From Patescibacteria group bacterium (lineage in GTDB: Bacteria; Patescibacteriota; Patescibacteriia; Magasanikbacterales; GWA2-37-8): a stretch of DNA of 64,000 nucleotides. Location of the stretch: the NCBI GenBank assembly GCA_035289165.1, contig DATDYA010000008.1:572-64571 (forward strand), read 5' to 3'. Under the pieces are notes generated by a model. It was given only the letters and a program-made list of their open reading frames with translations. It was not told where the DNA came from and did not search any database. Shown here in pieces: positions 35,736-44,588 of this stretch; the first letter of the stretch is position 1, and each line of letters opens with the position of its first letter. The position numbers and the translations under genes are program-made.

Positions 35736-36773
35736 ATGGTCACTTGGCAGGAATTAAAAGATAATCCCGAAGCTAAAAGTAAGTTGCAGAAGAAGCACGA
35801 TATCTATCGCTTTATCCGCGAGTTCTTTTGGCAAGCCGGTTTTGAAGAGGCCGTGACACCCATTGCTCGTACTTCGAGCGACCAAGAAAAATATTTGTCT
35901 CCCATGCCTTTGCAACTACATGAACCAAATGGCGAAGCCCACAACTATTTACTTATTACCTCACCAGAGATTGCTTTAAAAAAAATGCTAGTCGCTGGTT
36001 GGAACAAACTATTTCAACTGGCGCCAGTTTTTCGTGACTACGAAGAATTTGGCCATACCCACAATCCGGAATTTACCATGCTTGAATGGTACCGGGCCCC
36101 GGGTAGCATGGAAGACATTATGGACGATATTGAGCATCTGTTTAAAGATGTTGCTAGCAAGCTAGATGTTAAAAATTTAGTGTATAATGGGAAAGACTCT
36201 GTTGTCTCCGAGTCGTGGGATAGGCTTACTATGAAAGAAGTCTGGCAAAAGTACCTGGGCGTCAATCTAGACGATTACCTAGATCCTAGTTCAATACGTC
36301 AGTTGGCCGAATCCCGCGGCCACTCTATTGAAGTCGGAGAGAGTTACGAGAATATTTTTTACAAAATATTTTTAAATGAAATTGAAGGTCAGCTCGGAGT
36401 GGGAAAACCAATTTTAATATCTAATTACCCCGGTAAGATGTCGGCTTTTTGTCAGTATAACAACGCTGACCCTCGTTATGTCGAACGCTTTGAGTTATAC
36501 ATTAACGGTCTCGAACTAGCCAATGGCTACGGCGAGCTCGTTGACCCGGTTGAACAAGAAGAGCGTCTTAAAGACAACCAAATGTTTCGAAAGAGCGTTG
36601 GTTTGCCAGTTTACCCTTATGACGAAGACTTTGTTACCGCCCTAAAGTCTGGTCTACCGCCATCGGGTGGGGTCGCGCTTGGCGTTGAACGGTTGGTCAT
36701 GCTCTTGACCGGGGCAAAAAATATTAACGAAATAATTTTTGAATCAGCCAACGACCAATCTTTAAAATTATGA
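35736..36773 (+). CDS. epmA: EF-P--(R)-beta-lysine ligase EpmA (GenX/PoxA), a class II LysRS paralog
   Basis: Closely parallels E. coli EpmA blocks (LITSPEIALKKMLVAGWNKLFQLAPVFRDYEEFGHTHNPEFTMLEWYR; ERFELYINGLELANGYGELVDPVEQEER; GGVALGVERLVMLL). Like EpmA, it has no anticodon-binding domain. Confidence 0.8.
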   Translation: MVTWQELKDNPEAKSKLQKKHDIYRFIREFFWQAGFEEAVTPIARTSSDQEKYLSPMPLQLHEPNGEAHNYLLITSPEIALKKMLVAGWNKLFQLAPVFRDYEEFGHTHNPEFTMLEWYRAPGSMEDIMDDIEHLFKDVASKLDVKNLVYNGKDSVVSESWDRLTMKEVWQKYLGVNLDDYLDPSSIRQLAESRGHSIEVGESYENIFYKIFLNEIEGQLGVGKPILISNYPGKMSAFCQYNNADPRYVERFELYINGLELANGYGELVDPVEQEERLKDNQMFRKSVGLPVYPYDEDFVTALKSGLPPSGGVALGVERLVMLLTGAKNINEIIFESANDQSLKL

Positions 36774-37435
36774 AATTCCTTAAGAAGATCATTTTTATCC
36801 TTTTGGTTTTCGCTTTGTTAATCTCCGCTGGGTCATTACTAATTAGTCGCCATGTTTTGAAAGCCAGCCAAGGACGAATATTCGCTAATCATAGTGATCT
36901 GAAAGAGGCGGACGCTGTTATGATCTTGGGAGCAAAAGTTTATGAGGACGGCCGTCTTAGCTCTATTCTAATCGACCGCATCAAGACCGCTCTTGAGGTT
37001 TATAGAAATGGTAAGGCGAAGAAAATTTTGGTCAGCGGCGATCATGGCCGCAAAAGCTATGACGAGGTTAACGCAGTAAAGAGATATTTATTGGACGTGG
37101 AAAAAATTCCCGGCGAAGACATCTTTTTAGATCATGCCGGTTTTGATACTTACGATAGTCTTTATCGCGCCCATGACGTTTTTGAAGCTAAGAAACTAAT
37201 TATTTCTACTCAGTCTTTTCACCTGCCTCGGGCGGTATATATCGGGCAGAAGTTAGGGCTAGATACACAGGGGATTGTGGCAGATAAACAGACTTACCGC
37301 ACGGCGGTATATAATGAACTAAGAGAAAACCTGGCGCGTTGTAAGGCTTTTACTAACGTATTTTTCAAAGTTAAACCAAAGTTTGGAGGTTACCCTATAC
37401 CCATTAACGGGGATGGTAGAAAAAGTTGGGATTAA
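36770..37435 (+). CDS. SanA/YdcF/ElyC-family (DUF218) membrane-anchored protein
   Basis: N-terminal TM helix, then the DUF218 core (ADAVMILGAKVYEDGRLS...KILVSGDHG...YDEVNAVKRYL). Confidence 0.7.
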   Translation: MKFLKKIIFILLVFALLISAGSLLISRHVLKASQGRIFANHSDLKEADAVMILGAKVYEDGRLSSILIDRIKTALEVYRNGKAKKILVSGDHGRKSYDEVNAVKRYLLDVEKIPGEDIFLDHAGFDTYDSLYRAHDVFEAKKLIISTQSFHLPRAVYIGQKLGLDTQGIVADKQTYRTAVYNELRENLARCKAFTNVFFKVKPKFGGYPIPINGDGRKSWD

Positions 37436-37439
37436 AAAT

Positions 37440-37988
37440 ATGGAACAAGAATTTACTTTAAATATTTGTTTAGAGTGTAAAAAGAGGCAACCTAACTGTT
37501 GTCGACTTGGTATTCAATTAACCGTGGAAGATATTGAGAATATCCGGTCACTCGGTTTTGACCTCAAGGAGTTTTTGGAATTAAAGGATTACTCGACCAT
37601 CGACATTGCAGACTATGACGATTGGTGGAAAAAGGGTTTGGTAAAAGTTGAAGATAAAATATATAAAATTGTGGTAAAGAAAGATACTCGGGGCGAGTGT
37701 GCTTTCTTGAAAGATGAAAAAGGCTGTGTTTTAGGCGACAAACGGCCTTCGGTTTGTAAGATATTCCCTTTTTGGTTTAAAGAAGAAACTGGAAAGGTAG
37801 TTTACGAAGAGGGCGAGCCGTATTGTCTGCTAGAAAAAGAAGCCGTAGGAGTCTCCGACGCCCTCAAGGCAATCCAAGAAACCCCGGAGTCAGTCGAAGG
37901 CTATTATTCCGCCATGAAAGAAGACTGTCTTAGTAACCAAGTGGCCTACCGGAAAATTGTCGAGGAATTGTTGTCGGCAAAAGAGTAA
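37440..37988 (+). CDS. YkgJ-family cysteine-cluster protein (UPF0153, putative Fe-S or zinc binding)
   Basis: CLECKKRQPNCC followed by a second cluster CAFLKDEKGCVLGDKRPSVCKIFPF. 182 aa. Confidence 0.6.
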   Translation: MEQEFTLNICLECKKRQPNCCRLGIQLTVEDIENIRSLGFDLKEFLELKDYSTIDIADYDDWWKKGLVKVEDKIYKIVVKKDTRGECAFLKDEKGCVLGDKRPSVCKIFPFWFKEETGKVVYEEGEPYCLLEKEAVGVSDALKAIQETPESVEGYYSAMKEDCLSNQVAYRKIVEELLSAKE

Positions 37989-38027
37989 GTTGTGCACCGA
38001 ATCATTGACAAGCTATTGTAAAGTGAT

Positions 38028-38056
38028 AAATTGTAGCATATAATTTAAGTACTTTT
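38028..38056 (+). promoter_or_regulatory. Sigma70-like promoter TTGTAA-17-TATAAT upstream of ATP-grasp gene 1
   Basis: Perfect -10 and a reasonable -35 at 17-bp spacing. It leaves a leader of about 130 nt. Confidence 0.4.
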
Positions 38057-38188
38057 AACTGTACCACATCTCCCTATATGAATTCTCCTGGCGGAGATTC
38101 GGAGGACCCGCTTCCTAAAAATTTTCAGCTACCAATTAAGAGCCCAAGTCAACGATGAGTTTGCTTGGTTTTTTTATTTTATTTATTT

Positions 38189-39199
38189 ATGTCAGAAGTT
38201 GCGTCGAAAAAAATAGCGATTCTTTATAGTGAGGCCAAACGTGAGTACTTTCCAACTGAAGAGCAGTTTATTACCGAAGAAGAGGTATATAAGCGCGCTA
38301 AGATTGTTGCCCCGTATTTTCAAAAGCTCGGTTTCGAAACCGAGCTTATTCCTGGTAACCAGGATTTGGTAGATACGCTTAAAGCCAAGGGGCCGTTTGC
38401 TTTTGTTTTAAATCTAGTCGATTCCATCCGTGGTAAAGAATACCTTTGTCCAGTGATACCAGCTACTCTTGAACTCATGAACATCCCGTATGTGGGGACT
38501 GGCATGCTTGGTCTCGCCATAAATTCCAATAAGTTTCTAACTAAAACACTTATGGAACAGGCTGGCTTGCCCTTGCCACGTTTCCAATTATTTAGTAACC
38601 CGACCGACCCAATCGATCCACACCTTAAATTTCCCTTGATTTCAAAATTAAATGAAATCCACGGTAGTGTCGAAATTACTCGCGAGGCCGTCAGCGAAAA
38701 CGAGGCTCATCTCCGTGCGCGTTTAAAATCCTTGATGTCAGTTTATCACCAACCAGTCATAGTAGAAGAGTTTATTGTTGGTCGTGAATTAACAGTGTTC
38801 TTACTCGAGGGTGTAGTGAAAAAGGTATATGTCGCTGAAAAAGCTTTTAAACCCAGTGACGAGAAATACAAGATGGCGACTTTTGAAGCGGTCTGGGGGA
38901 ATGAAGATAGTTATGACGAAGTAAAAGCCGATGGCCACGGACTTTTAGAACAATACACCAGAACTGCCTTTGAAGTTTTAAAAATGGACGACTATGCCAA
39001 GTTCGATGTTCGTCTCGATGAGTCTGGCCGCTATTATTTTATTGACTGCAACGCCAATCCAGCCTTTGGCCCCTTAGAAAGCGATTGCGCAGTTAGCCAT
39101 GTTTTACGTTTGTATGGTGTAGATTTTGACGAAATTGTTCGACGTTTAACTCAAAATGTTACGCGGGTTAATAACGAAGTTTTGGTTACTACAGTCTAA
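38189..39199 (+). CDS. ATP-grasp ligase, D-Ala--D-Ala-ligase-like family (COG1181-like), paralog 1
   Basis: Pre-ATP-grasp block LNLVDSIRGKEYLCPVIPATLELMNIPYVGTGMLGLAINSNKFLTKTLMEQAGLPLP and ATP-grasp core VIVEEFIVGRELTV...YYFIDCNANPAFGP. It lacks the canonical Ddl GGxSxEHEVS substrate block. Confidence 0.7.
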   Translation: MSEVASKKIAILYSEAKREYFPTEEQFITEEEVYKRAKIVAPYFQKLGFETELIPGNQDLVDTLKAKGPFAFVLNLVDSIRGKEYLCPVIPATLELMNIPYVGTGMLGLAINSNKFLTKTLMEQAGLPLPRFQLFSNPTDPIDPHLKFPLISKLNEIHGSVEITREAVSENEAHLRARLKSLMSVYHQPVIVEEFIVGRELTVFLLEGVVKKVYVAEKAFKPSDEKYKMATFEAVWGNEDSYDEVKADGHGLLEQYTRTAFEVLKMDDYAKFDVRLDESGRYYFIDCNANPAFGPLESDCAVSHVLRLYGVDFDEIVRRLTQNVTRVNNEVLVTTV

Positions 39200-39217
39200 G
39201 TAATTATTTTATTCAAT

Positions 39218-40243
39218 ATGCGAATTGGTTTCACCTATAATGTTCGCCACATCGAAGTGCCCGACATCAAAAATCCTCAATATGTAAAGGAGGCGGAATT
39301 TGATACCCAAGAGACGATCGACGGAATTGCCAGCGCTTTGCGGGAACTTGGCCATGAGGTAATTTTTGTTGAAGCGAACGAAGATTGTTTTGAAAAGTTT
39401 AGGAAACTCCGCGGGACAATAGACATGGTTTTTAATATTGCCGAAGGAATAAACGGTGTTGACCGTGAAGCCCATATCCCAGCCATTTTGGAAATGCTTG
39501 GCATCCCATATACCGGACCTAAGCCTTTAGGCTATGCCCTCGGTCTAAATAAGGCCAAGGCTAAAGAAGTTTTTCAAGCTAATGGAGTCGCTACTCCCAA
39601 GTGGTTATTGGTAAATTCTGGAGAAGAGATTTCAAACGCCAACCTGTCATTCCCCGCAATCGCCAAGCCAGTAGGCGAGGGATCGAGCAAAGGAATTTGT
39701 GCCAAAAATTTAGTGGCCGATAAGGATTCTCTTGTAAAATTAACCAAGGAATTACTAGAAGAACACAGACAGGCAGTCTTGATTGAAGAATACTTACCGG
39801 GTCGAGAATTTACCGTTGCTATGCTTGGTAATCCAGTCAAGGTATTACCAATCATCGAACTTAAGTTTAATGATCTACCCGAAGGCATGCCGAAATTTGA
39901 TCACTATGAGGCCAAGTGGGTTTATGAGAATCCCAACCGTCCGTCGCCATTGGTGTGCCCAGCAGAAGAGGGTACCACGCTCGGAGATAAAATTAAAGAT
40001 ATTTGTCTACGCGCTTTCCAAGCTCTTGGTATGGAAGACTGGGCTCGGATCGATGTTCGTCTCGATGTCAAAGGCGAGCCGAGTATTATTGAAATAAATT
40101 GTCCGCCTGGTATTATGCCGGATCCCAAACAAAGCTCCCGCTTTCCTCTGGCCGCTCGTACAGCGGGGATTAGTTATCCACAAATGCTCGAGACTATTTT
40201 AATCTCAGCTTGTAAGAGGTATAATATTGCCTATACAAAATAG
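39218..40243 (+). CDS. ATP-grasp ligase, D-Ala--D-Ala-ligase-like family, paralog 2
   Basis: MRIGFTYNVR...AEFDTQETIDGIASALRELGHEV N-terminus, ILEMLGIPYTGPKPLGYALGLNKAKAKEVF, VLIEEYLPGREFTV and ARIDVRLD...IIEINCPPG. Confidence 0.7.
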   Translation: MRIGFTYNVRHIEVPDIKNPQYVKEAEFDTQETIDGIASALRELGHEVIFVEANEDCFEKFRKLRGTIDMVFNIAEGINGVDREAHIPAILEMLGIPYTGPKPLGYALGLNKAKAKEVFQANGVATPKWLLVNSGEEISNANLSFPAIAKPVGEGSSKGICAKNLVADKDSLVKLTKELLEEHRQAVLIEEYLPGREFTVAMLGNPVKVLPIIELKFNDLPEGMPKFDHYEAKWVYENPNRPSPLVCPAEEGTTLGDKIKDICLRAFQALGMEDWARIDVRLDVKGEPSIIEINCPPGIMPDPKQSSRFPLAARTAGISYPQMLETILISACKRYNIAYTK

Positions 40244-40254
40244 ATTATATATCC

Positions 40255-41184
40255 ATGCTTGCCACACGCTTGTCACCAAACTTAAAAAAGTTATCTGCCA
40301 ACTGTCCGTTTATCGCTCGGCAGTTTGTTCCTTCGGAATTAGAAACTGCCGACGAAGAAAACGTCTTCGACGATCCGCTGATGGAAGAGGAGCATACGGT
40401 TACCCGCGGTTTAGTATATAAATACGGAAATCGAGCCTTAGTTTTACTGACCATGAATTGTGCGGCTTATTGTCGTTTTTGCACTCGCCGCCGTAAAGTG
40501 TCAGATATTGAAAAAGGCATAATCACCGACAAGGATTTGGAAAATATTCGGAAGTATTTATTAAAGAATAAACAAATTAAGGAACTCATTTTTTCTGGTG
40601 GCGATCCTTTAACCGTCCCTCCGCTTTTGAAAAAAGCAATTAAGAAGTTGGCCGCCCTGCCACAAATTAAAATTATTCGGGTCGGAACCCGTTTGCATCT
40701 CTCAAATCCCGCCGCTGTTAACAAAGGTGTAATCGACGCTTTAAAACAAGTAAAAAACAAACCATTGTACTTAATGGTCCATTTCGAACATCCCGCTGAG
40801 TTGACTAAACCAGTTATAGCTGCGATTAAACGTCTACAAAGTGTTTCGACCATGTTATTTTCCCAGTCGGTTTCTTTAAAGGGTGTTAATGATGATGAAG
40901 AGACTCTTTACAAGCTATTTACCAGTCTAATCGAAATTGGGGTAAAGCCGTATTACCATTATCGCTGTGATCCAGTAAAAGGAGCGGAACACTTTATTAT
41001 GGATTTTGATAAAGAAATTGAAATGATGACCAATTTACGGAAACGACTTAGTGGATTGGCGATGCCTCTCTATATCATCGATTCCCCCAATGGTAGTGGT
41101 AAAGTCCCGGTTCCCCTAAATTTTTGGAAGTTCGATCGAAGCAACTTCAAAGATTTTAATGGTAAAAAACTGGAGTTGCTATAA
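40255..41184 (+). CDS. epmB: KamA-family radical SAM lysine 2,3-aminomutase, EpmB/YjeK-like
   Basis: EEEHTVTRGLVYKYGNRALVLLTMNCAAYCRFCTRR aligns with the EpmB block containing C-x3-C-x2-C. FSGGDP, HFEHPAE and a CDP..G..HF C-terminal motif are conserved. The N-terminus is shorter than E. coli EpmB. Confidence 0.8.
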   Translation: MLATRLSPNLKKLSANCPFIARQFVPSELETADEENVFDDPLMEEEHTVTRGLVYKYGNRALVLLTMNCAAYCRFCTRRRKVSDIEKGIITDKDLENIRKYLLKNKQIKELIFSGGDPLTVPPLLKKAIKKLAALPQIKIIRVGTRLHLSNPAAVNKGVIDALKQVKNKPLYLMVHFEHPAELTKPVIAAIKRLQSVSTMLFSQSVSLKGVNDDEETLYKLFTSLIEIGVKPYYHYRCDPVKGAEHFIMDFDKEIEMMTNLRKRLSGLAMPLYIIDSPNGSGKVPVPLNFWKFDRSNFKDFNGKKLELL

Positions 41185-41203
41185 CATTCTAACCAACTAA
41201 CCA

Positions 41204-41232
41204 AAAACACGCCTAATAAAGCGTGTTTTTTA
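41204..41232 (+). terminator. Intrinsic terminator after the epmB-like gene
   Basis: ACACGC / GCGTGT stem with an 8-nt loop, followed by TTTTT. Confidence 0.6.
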
Positions 41233-41241
41233 GGCTAAAAT

Positions 41242-41270
41242 TTGACGAATTTAGTTCTTTGCGTTAAGAT
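41242..41270 (+). promoter_or_regulatory. Sigma70-like promoter TTGACG-17-TAAGAT upstream of nif3
   Basis: Good -35, 17-bp spacer and an acceptable -10. Confidence 0.35.
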
Positions 41271-41302
41271 TAAATGACTAACTTACTTAATTTAAGATTA
41301 CT

Positions 41303-42277
41303 ATGTTGACTGTCCAACAAGTGTTTGATCTGGGTTTAAAGATGGGTATGGTGGCTGACCCAAGAGGTGAAAAAATTGCCAAGAAAACCCTGGAGCGGGC
41401 AAAAAAAGAATATGAGGAATTAAAGAGCGACGAAAAAGAGTATTTTGACAAAGAACGTCTTATAAATCCATATTCGGATAGCCGTATTCATGCTGGAGAT
41501 CCAAAGACACCCGTAAAACGGGTGATGGCGGGTATCGACGTAGGGAGCGAAGAGATCCTTTTGGCTTCCCAATTAAACGAACGTGGCAAGGATATCGACT
41601 TAATCATTGCCCATCATCCGATTGGCCAGAGCCTGGCCGATCTCCACTCGGTCATGGAAATGCTAATAGACATTTACGTCGGCCACGGTGTGCCGGTTCA
41701 TGTTGCTGAAAAAGTCTTTGAAGATAGGATTAAAGAAGTCGGTCGAGGGGTGCACCCGATTAATCACTTTCAGATTATTGATACAGCCAACTTATTGAAA
41801 GCGAATCTAATTAATACCCATACTTTTACGGATAATTTAGTTGAAAAATATATCCACGAAGCTATTACTAAAGAAAAACCAGAAAATATTGGTGAATTAT
41901 TAAAATTACTTTTGAAAATTCCTGAATACCAGGAGGCAAAACGTCGCGGTTCTGGCCCTCGGCTTTTTACAGGTTCAAATAATCGTCGAGTTGGTAGGTT
42001 CATTGTCGATATGACTGGTGGCACTAGTCCATCACATCGGGTGTACCAAGAGTTGTCGCGAGCCGGCATCAGTACGATTGTTGGAATGCATATAAACGAA
42101 TCATCAACCGAAAAAGCCAATGAGTTTAACTTGAATGTAGTAATCGCTGGTCATATTTCTTCGGATTCTTTGGGAATGAATCTTTACTTAGACGAACTCG
42201 AGAAAAAAGGAATCGAAATCGTTCCGTGCGGTGGTTTGATCCGAGTTTCTCGTGTTAAAAAAAGTACCAAGAAATAA
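41303..42277 (+). CDS. Nif3-family dinuclear metal centre protein (YqfO/YbgI-like)
   Basis: IIAHHPIGQ and VIAGHISSDSLGMN metal-binding motifs. 324 aa. Confidence 0.65.
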   Translation: MLTVQQVFDLGLKMGMVADPRGEKIAKKTLERAKKEYEELKSDEKEYFDKERLINPYSDSRIHAGDPKTPVKRVMAGIDVGSEEILLASQLNERGKDIDLIIAHHPIGQSLADLHSVMEMLIDIYVGHGVPVHVAEKVFEDRIKEVGRGVHPINHFQIIDTANLLKANLINTHTFTDNLVEKYIHEAITKEKPENIGELLKLLLKIPEYQEAKRRGSGPRLFTGSNNRRVGRFIVDMTGGTSPSHRVYQELSRAGISTIVGMHINESSTEKANEFNLNVVIAGHISSDSLGMNLYLDELEKKGIEIVPCGGLIRVSRVKKSTKK

Positions 42278-42280
42278 TTT

Positions 42281-42862
42281 ATGATTTCTCTGCTTAAAGG
42301 TAAAATCGTTTCTCTCTACGAGGGAGAAACGATAATAATGACTTCTGCTGGGGTGGGTTATAGTGTTTTTATTAATCCCGCCACCCGCGAAAAGTTGAAA
42401 GAAGGTGAAGAAGTCGAAATACTTACTTACCTGGCAGTACGTGAGAATGCCATGGAATTATTCGGTTTTCTAACTCCCGGCGAGAAGGATCTCTTTCTAA
42501 AGTTTCTAGATGTTTCTGGTATTGGTCCACGTAGCGCTCTCCATCTTTTATCTTTGGGTAGTGTTGAAGAAATAACCGGTGCCATTGGCAAAGGAGATGT
42601 AGAATATTTAACTAAGGTTAGCGGAGTAGGGAAGAAGACCGCCGAACGAATCGTGGTTGAATTAAAAAACAAAGTAAACAAACAAATCGGCCATGGTTTA
42701 GAGTCAGATAATTTAGAGGGGTCTCTAGGAGATGTGGTTGATGGTTTACTTACCCTTGGCTATTCACCAAGCGAAGCCCGAGATGTCGCAAAAAAACTCG
42801 AGCCAGGTAGTAAGACTAGCCAGCAACTTTTGAAAGAAGCTTTGCGAATGTTGAGCCGGTAA
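42281..42862 (+). CDS. ruvA: Holliday junction branch migration complex subunit RuvA
   Basis: N-terminal OB domain (MISLLKGKIVSL), tandem HhH motifs (LDVSGIGPRSAL; VSGVGKKTAERIV) and a C-terminal domain III. Confidence 0.9.
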   Translation: MISLLKGKIVSLYEGETIIMTSAGVGYSVFINPATREKLKEGEEVEILTYLAVRENAMELFGFLTPGEKDLFLKFLDVSGIGPRSALHLLSLGSVEEITGAIGKGDVEYLTKVSGVGKKTAERIVVELKNKVNKQIGHGLESDNLEGSLGDVVDGLLTLGYSPSEARDVAKKLEPGSKTSQQLLKEALRMLSR

Positions 42863-42869
42863 ATAAAGA

Positions 42870-42905
42870 ATAAAAAATAACTACATCACGTAGTTATTTT
42901 TTTTA
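42870..42905. terminator. Bidirectional intrinsic terminator between the convergent ruvA and gatB genes
   Basis: ATAACTAC / GTAGTTAT stem with a 5-nt loop, flanked by A5 upstream and T8 downstream. Confidence 0.6.
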
Positions 42906-42913
42906 AATAAAAT

Positions 42914-44467
42914 TTATTGACTCAATTTCTCCCTCAATAATTTTTCTATAACCACCGGATCAGCACTGCCCTCAGTGGCCTTCATGGCCATGCCTTTTAA
43001 GAATTGTAAAATTGGTTCTTTGCCAGCTCGGAAGGCGGCAACCTGTTCGGGGTAGTTTTTAATTACCTCATCAATTACTAGGTTTAATTTTCCCTCATCA
43101 TTTATTTGTCCGTAACCTTTTTCTTCCATAATATGGGTTGGGTCTTTATCTGTGCCGGCTTCTAACATCTCTACCAATATTTTTTGAGCGTTGGTAGAAT
43201 TAACCCGGTTAGTGTAAATAAGGGCAATAAGTTCAGCAAAGTTTTCTGGCTTAATTTTTAACACTCGGATGTCTATTTTTCTCTCAGCCATCGCCCCCAT
43301 TAGCTTGCTGGTTAGCCAACCACCGGCCAAACGGGCAGTCTGCTGTTTTTTGGTTTCTTGTAAATCGTCAGTATCTTCTTTGGATTCTGGTAGACTGTGG
43401 AGCCATTCAACCAATTCGTTCATAGTGTGCTCGGCATAATCTGCCCAGTGTTCGTCGTTAGTTAGCAACTGGCTATCTGCCAAAGAAAAACCATATTCTG
43501 TATTAAAGCGCACTCTTTTTACATTTGGTAATTCTGGTAAGGAAGTGTCGCGAGCTACTTGCAGAGGGTTAAATGGTGGGATATCTGGTTCTGGGAAATA
43601 CCGGTAATCCGCTGCGGTTTCTTTTACACGTTGTAAAATTGTTTCGCCCTTATCCTCATCCCAGCCCCGAGTTTGTTGTTGCCAGGTTTCTCCTTTTTCT
43701 AACATCTCGGTTTGTCTTTTAATTTCATAGTCGATGGCCTTTTCTACTGCCCGGAAAGAGTTGATGTTTTTTAATTCAACCTTATGATTTAAAGCATAAC
43801 CATCTTTAGGGATTACTAACCCGTCTTTAATATCAAACTTGTCCGTTTCTTGTAGAGAAATATTCGCTTCACAGCGCATGTGCCCCTTTTCCATGTCTGC
43901 TTCCGATACCCCAAGATATCGGAAGACGGTCTGTAACTCCTGACAGTAGGCCTTAGCTTCAATACCAGTTTGGATGTCGGGGTCAGTCACAATTTCTACT
44001 AAAGGTACACCGGCACGGTTAAAATCTACTAAGGTGTTACCGGTTTTGTCATGAGATAATTTAGCCGTATCTTCTTCTAAATGAACACGAGTAATACCAA
44101 TAGTGGCCTCAGTACGTGGATTTTTTCCACCAACTAAGTCAACAGTAATTTCTCCATGTTCCCCGATTGGTTCATCATACTGAGAAATTTGGTAGCCTTT
44201 CGGTAGGTCAGGATAAAAATAGTGTTTACGATCAAACTTACTTTGTTCGTTTATTTTACAACCTAAAGCTTTGGCAATTTTTACTGTCCATTCAATCGCT
44301 TTTTGGTTAGGTAGAGGAAGGGTGCCTGGGTGTGCCAAGCAGATTTCACAGACATTGGTATTGGGCGCCTCGCGGTCCGGGTCATTCTTACAGGAACAAA
44401 ACATTTTGCTCGCTGTCTTTAATTCAACGTGGACCTCCATACCAATAATTGGGGTATAATTCGGCAT
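42914..44467 (-). CDS. gatB: Asp/Glu-tRNA(Asn/Gln) amidotransferase subunit B
   Basis: N-terminal MEVHVELKTASKMFCSC and a conserved GatB core. 517 aa. Confidence 0.95.
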   Translation of the reverse strand: MPNYTPIIGMEVHVELKTASKMFCSCKNDPDREAPNTNVCEICLAHPGTLPLPNQKAIEWTVKIAKALGCKINEQSKFDRKHYFYPDLPKGYQISQYDEPIGEHGEITVDLVGGKNPRTEATIGITRVHLEEDTAKLSHDKTGNTLVDFNRAGVPLVEIVTDPDIQTGIEAKAYCQELQTVFRYLGVSEADMEKGHMRCEANISLQETDKFDIKDGLVIPKDGYALNHKVELKNINSFRAVEKAIDYEIKRQTEMLEKGETWQQQTRGWDEDKGETILQRVKETAADYRYFPEPDIPPFNPLQVARDTSLPELPNVKRVRFNTEYGFSLADSQLLTNDEHWADYAEHTMNELVEWLHSLPESKEDTDDLQETKKQQTARLAGGWLTSKLMGAMAERKIDIRVLKIKPENFAELIALIYTNRVNSTNAQKILVEMLEAGTDKDPTHIMEEKGYGQINDEGKLNLVIDEVIKNYPEQVAAFRAGKEPILQFLKGMAMKATEGSADPVVIEKLLREKLSQ

Positions 44468-44537
44468 AAATAATGGTTATTTCTACTTCTGCCATTATAA
44501 TTCTAAACAGCGGTTTTGGCAATATCTACCCGTTGTT

Positions 44538-44575
44538 TTGGTTATTAAAGCCCCTCGTTTGGCGAGGGGCTTTGT
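44538..44575 (-). terminator. Intrinsic terminator after the polytopic membrane protein gene
   Basis: 10-bp stem AAGCCCCTCG / CGAGGGGCTT with a 5-nt loop. Read on the minus strand it is followed by TTTAATAA. Confidence 0.45.
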
Positions 44576-44588
44576 TTAATCAAAAGGT

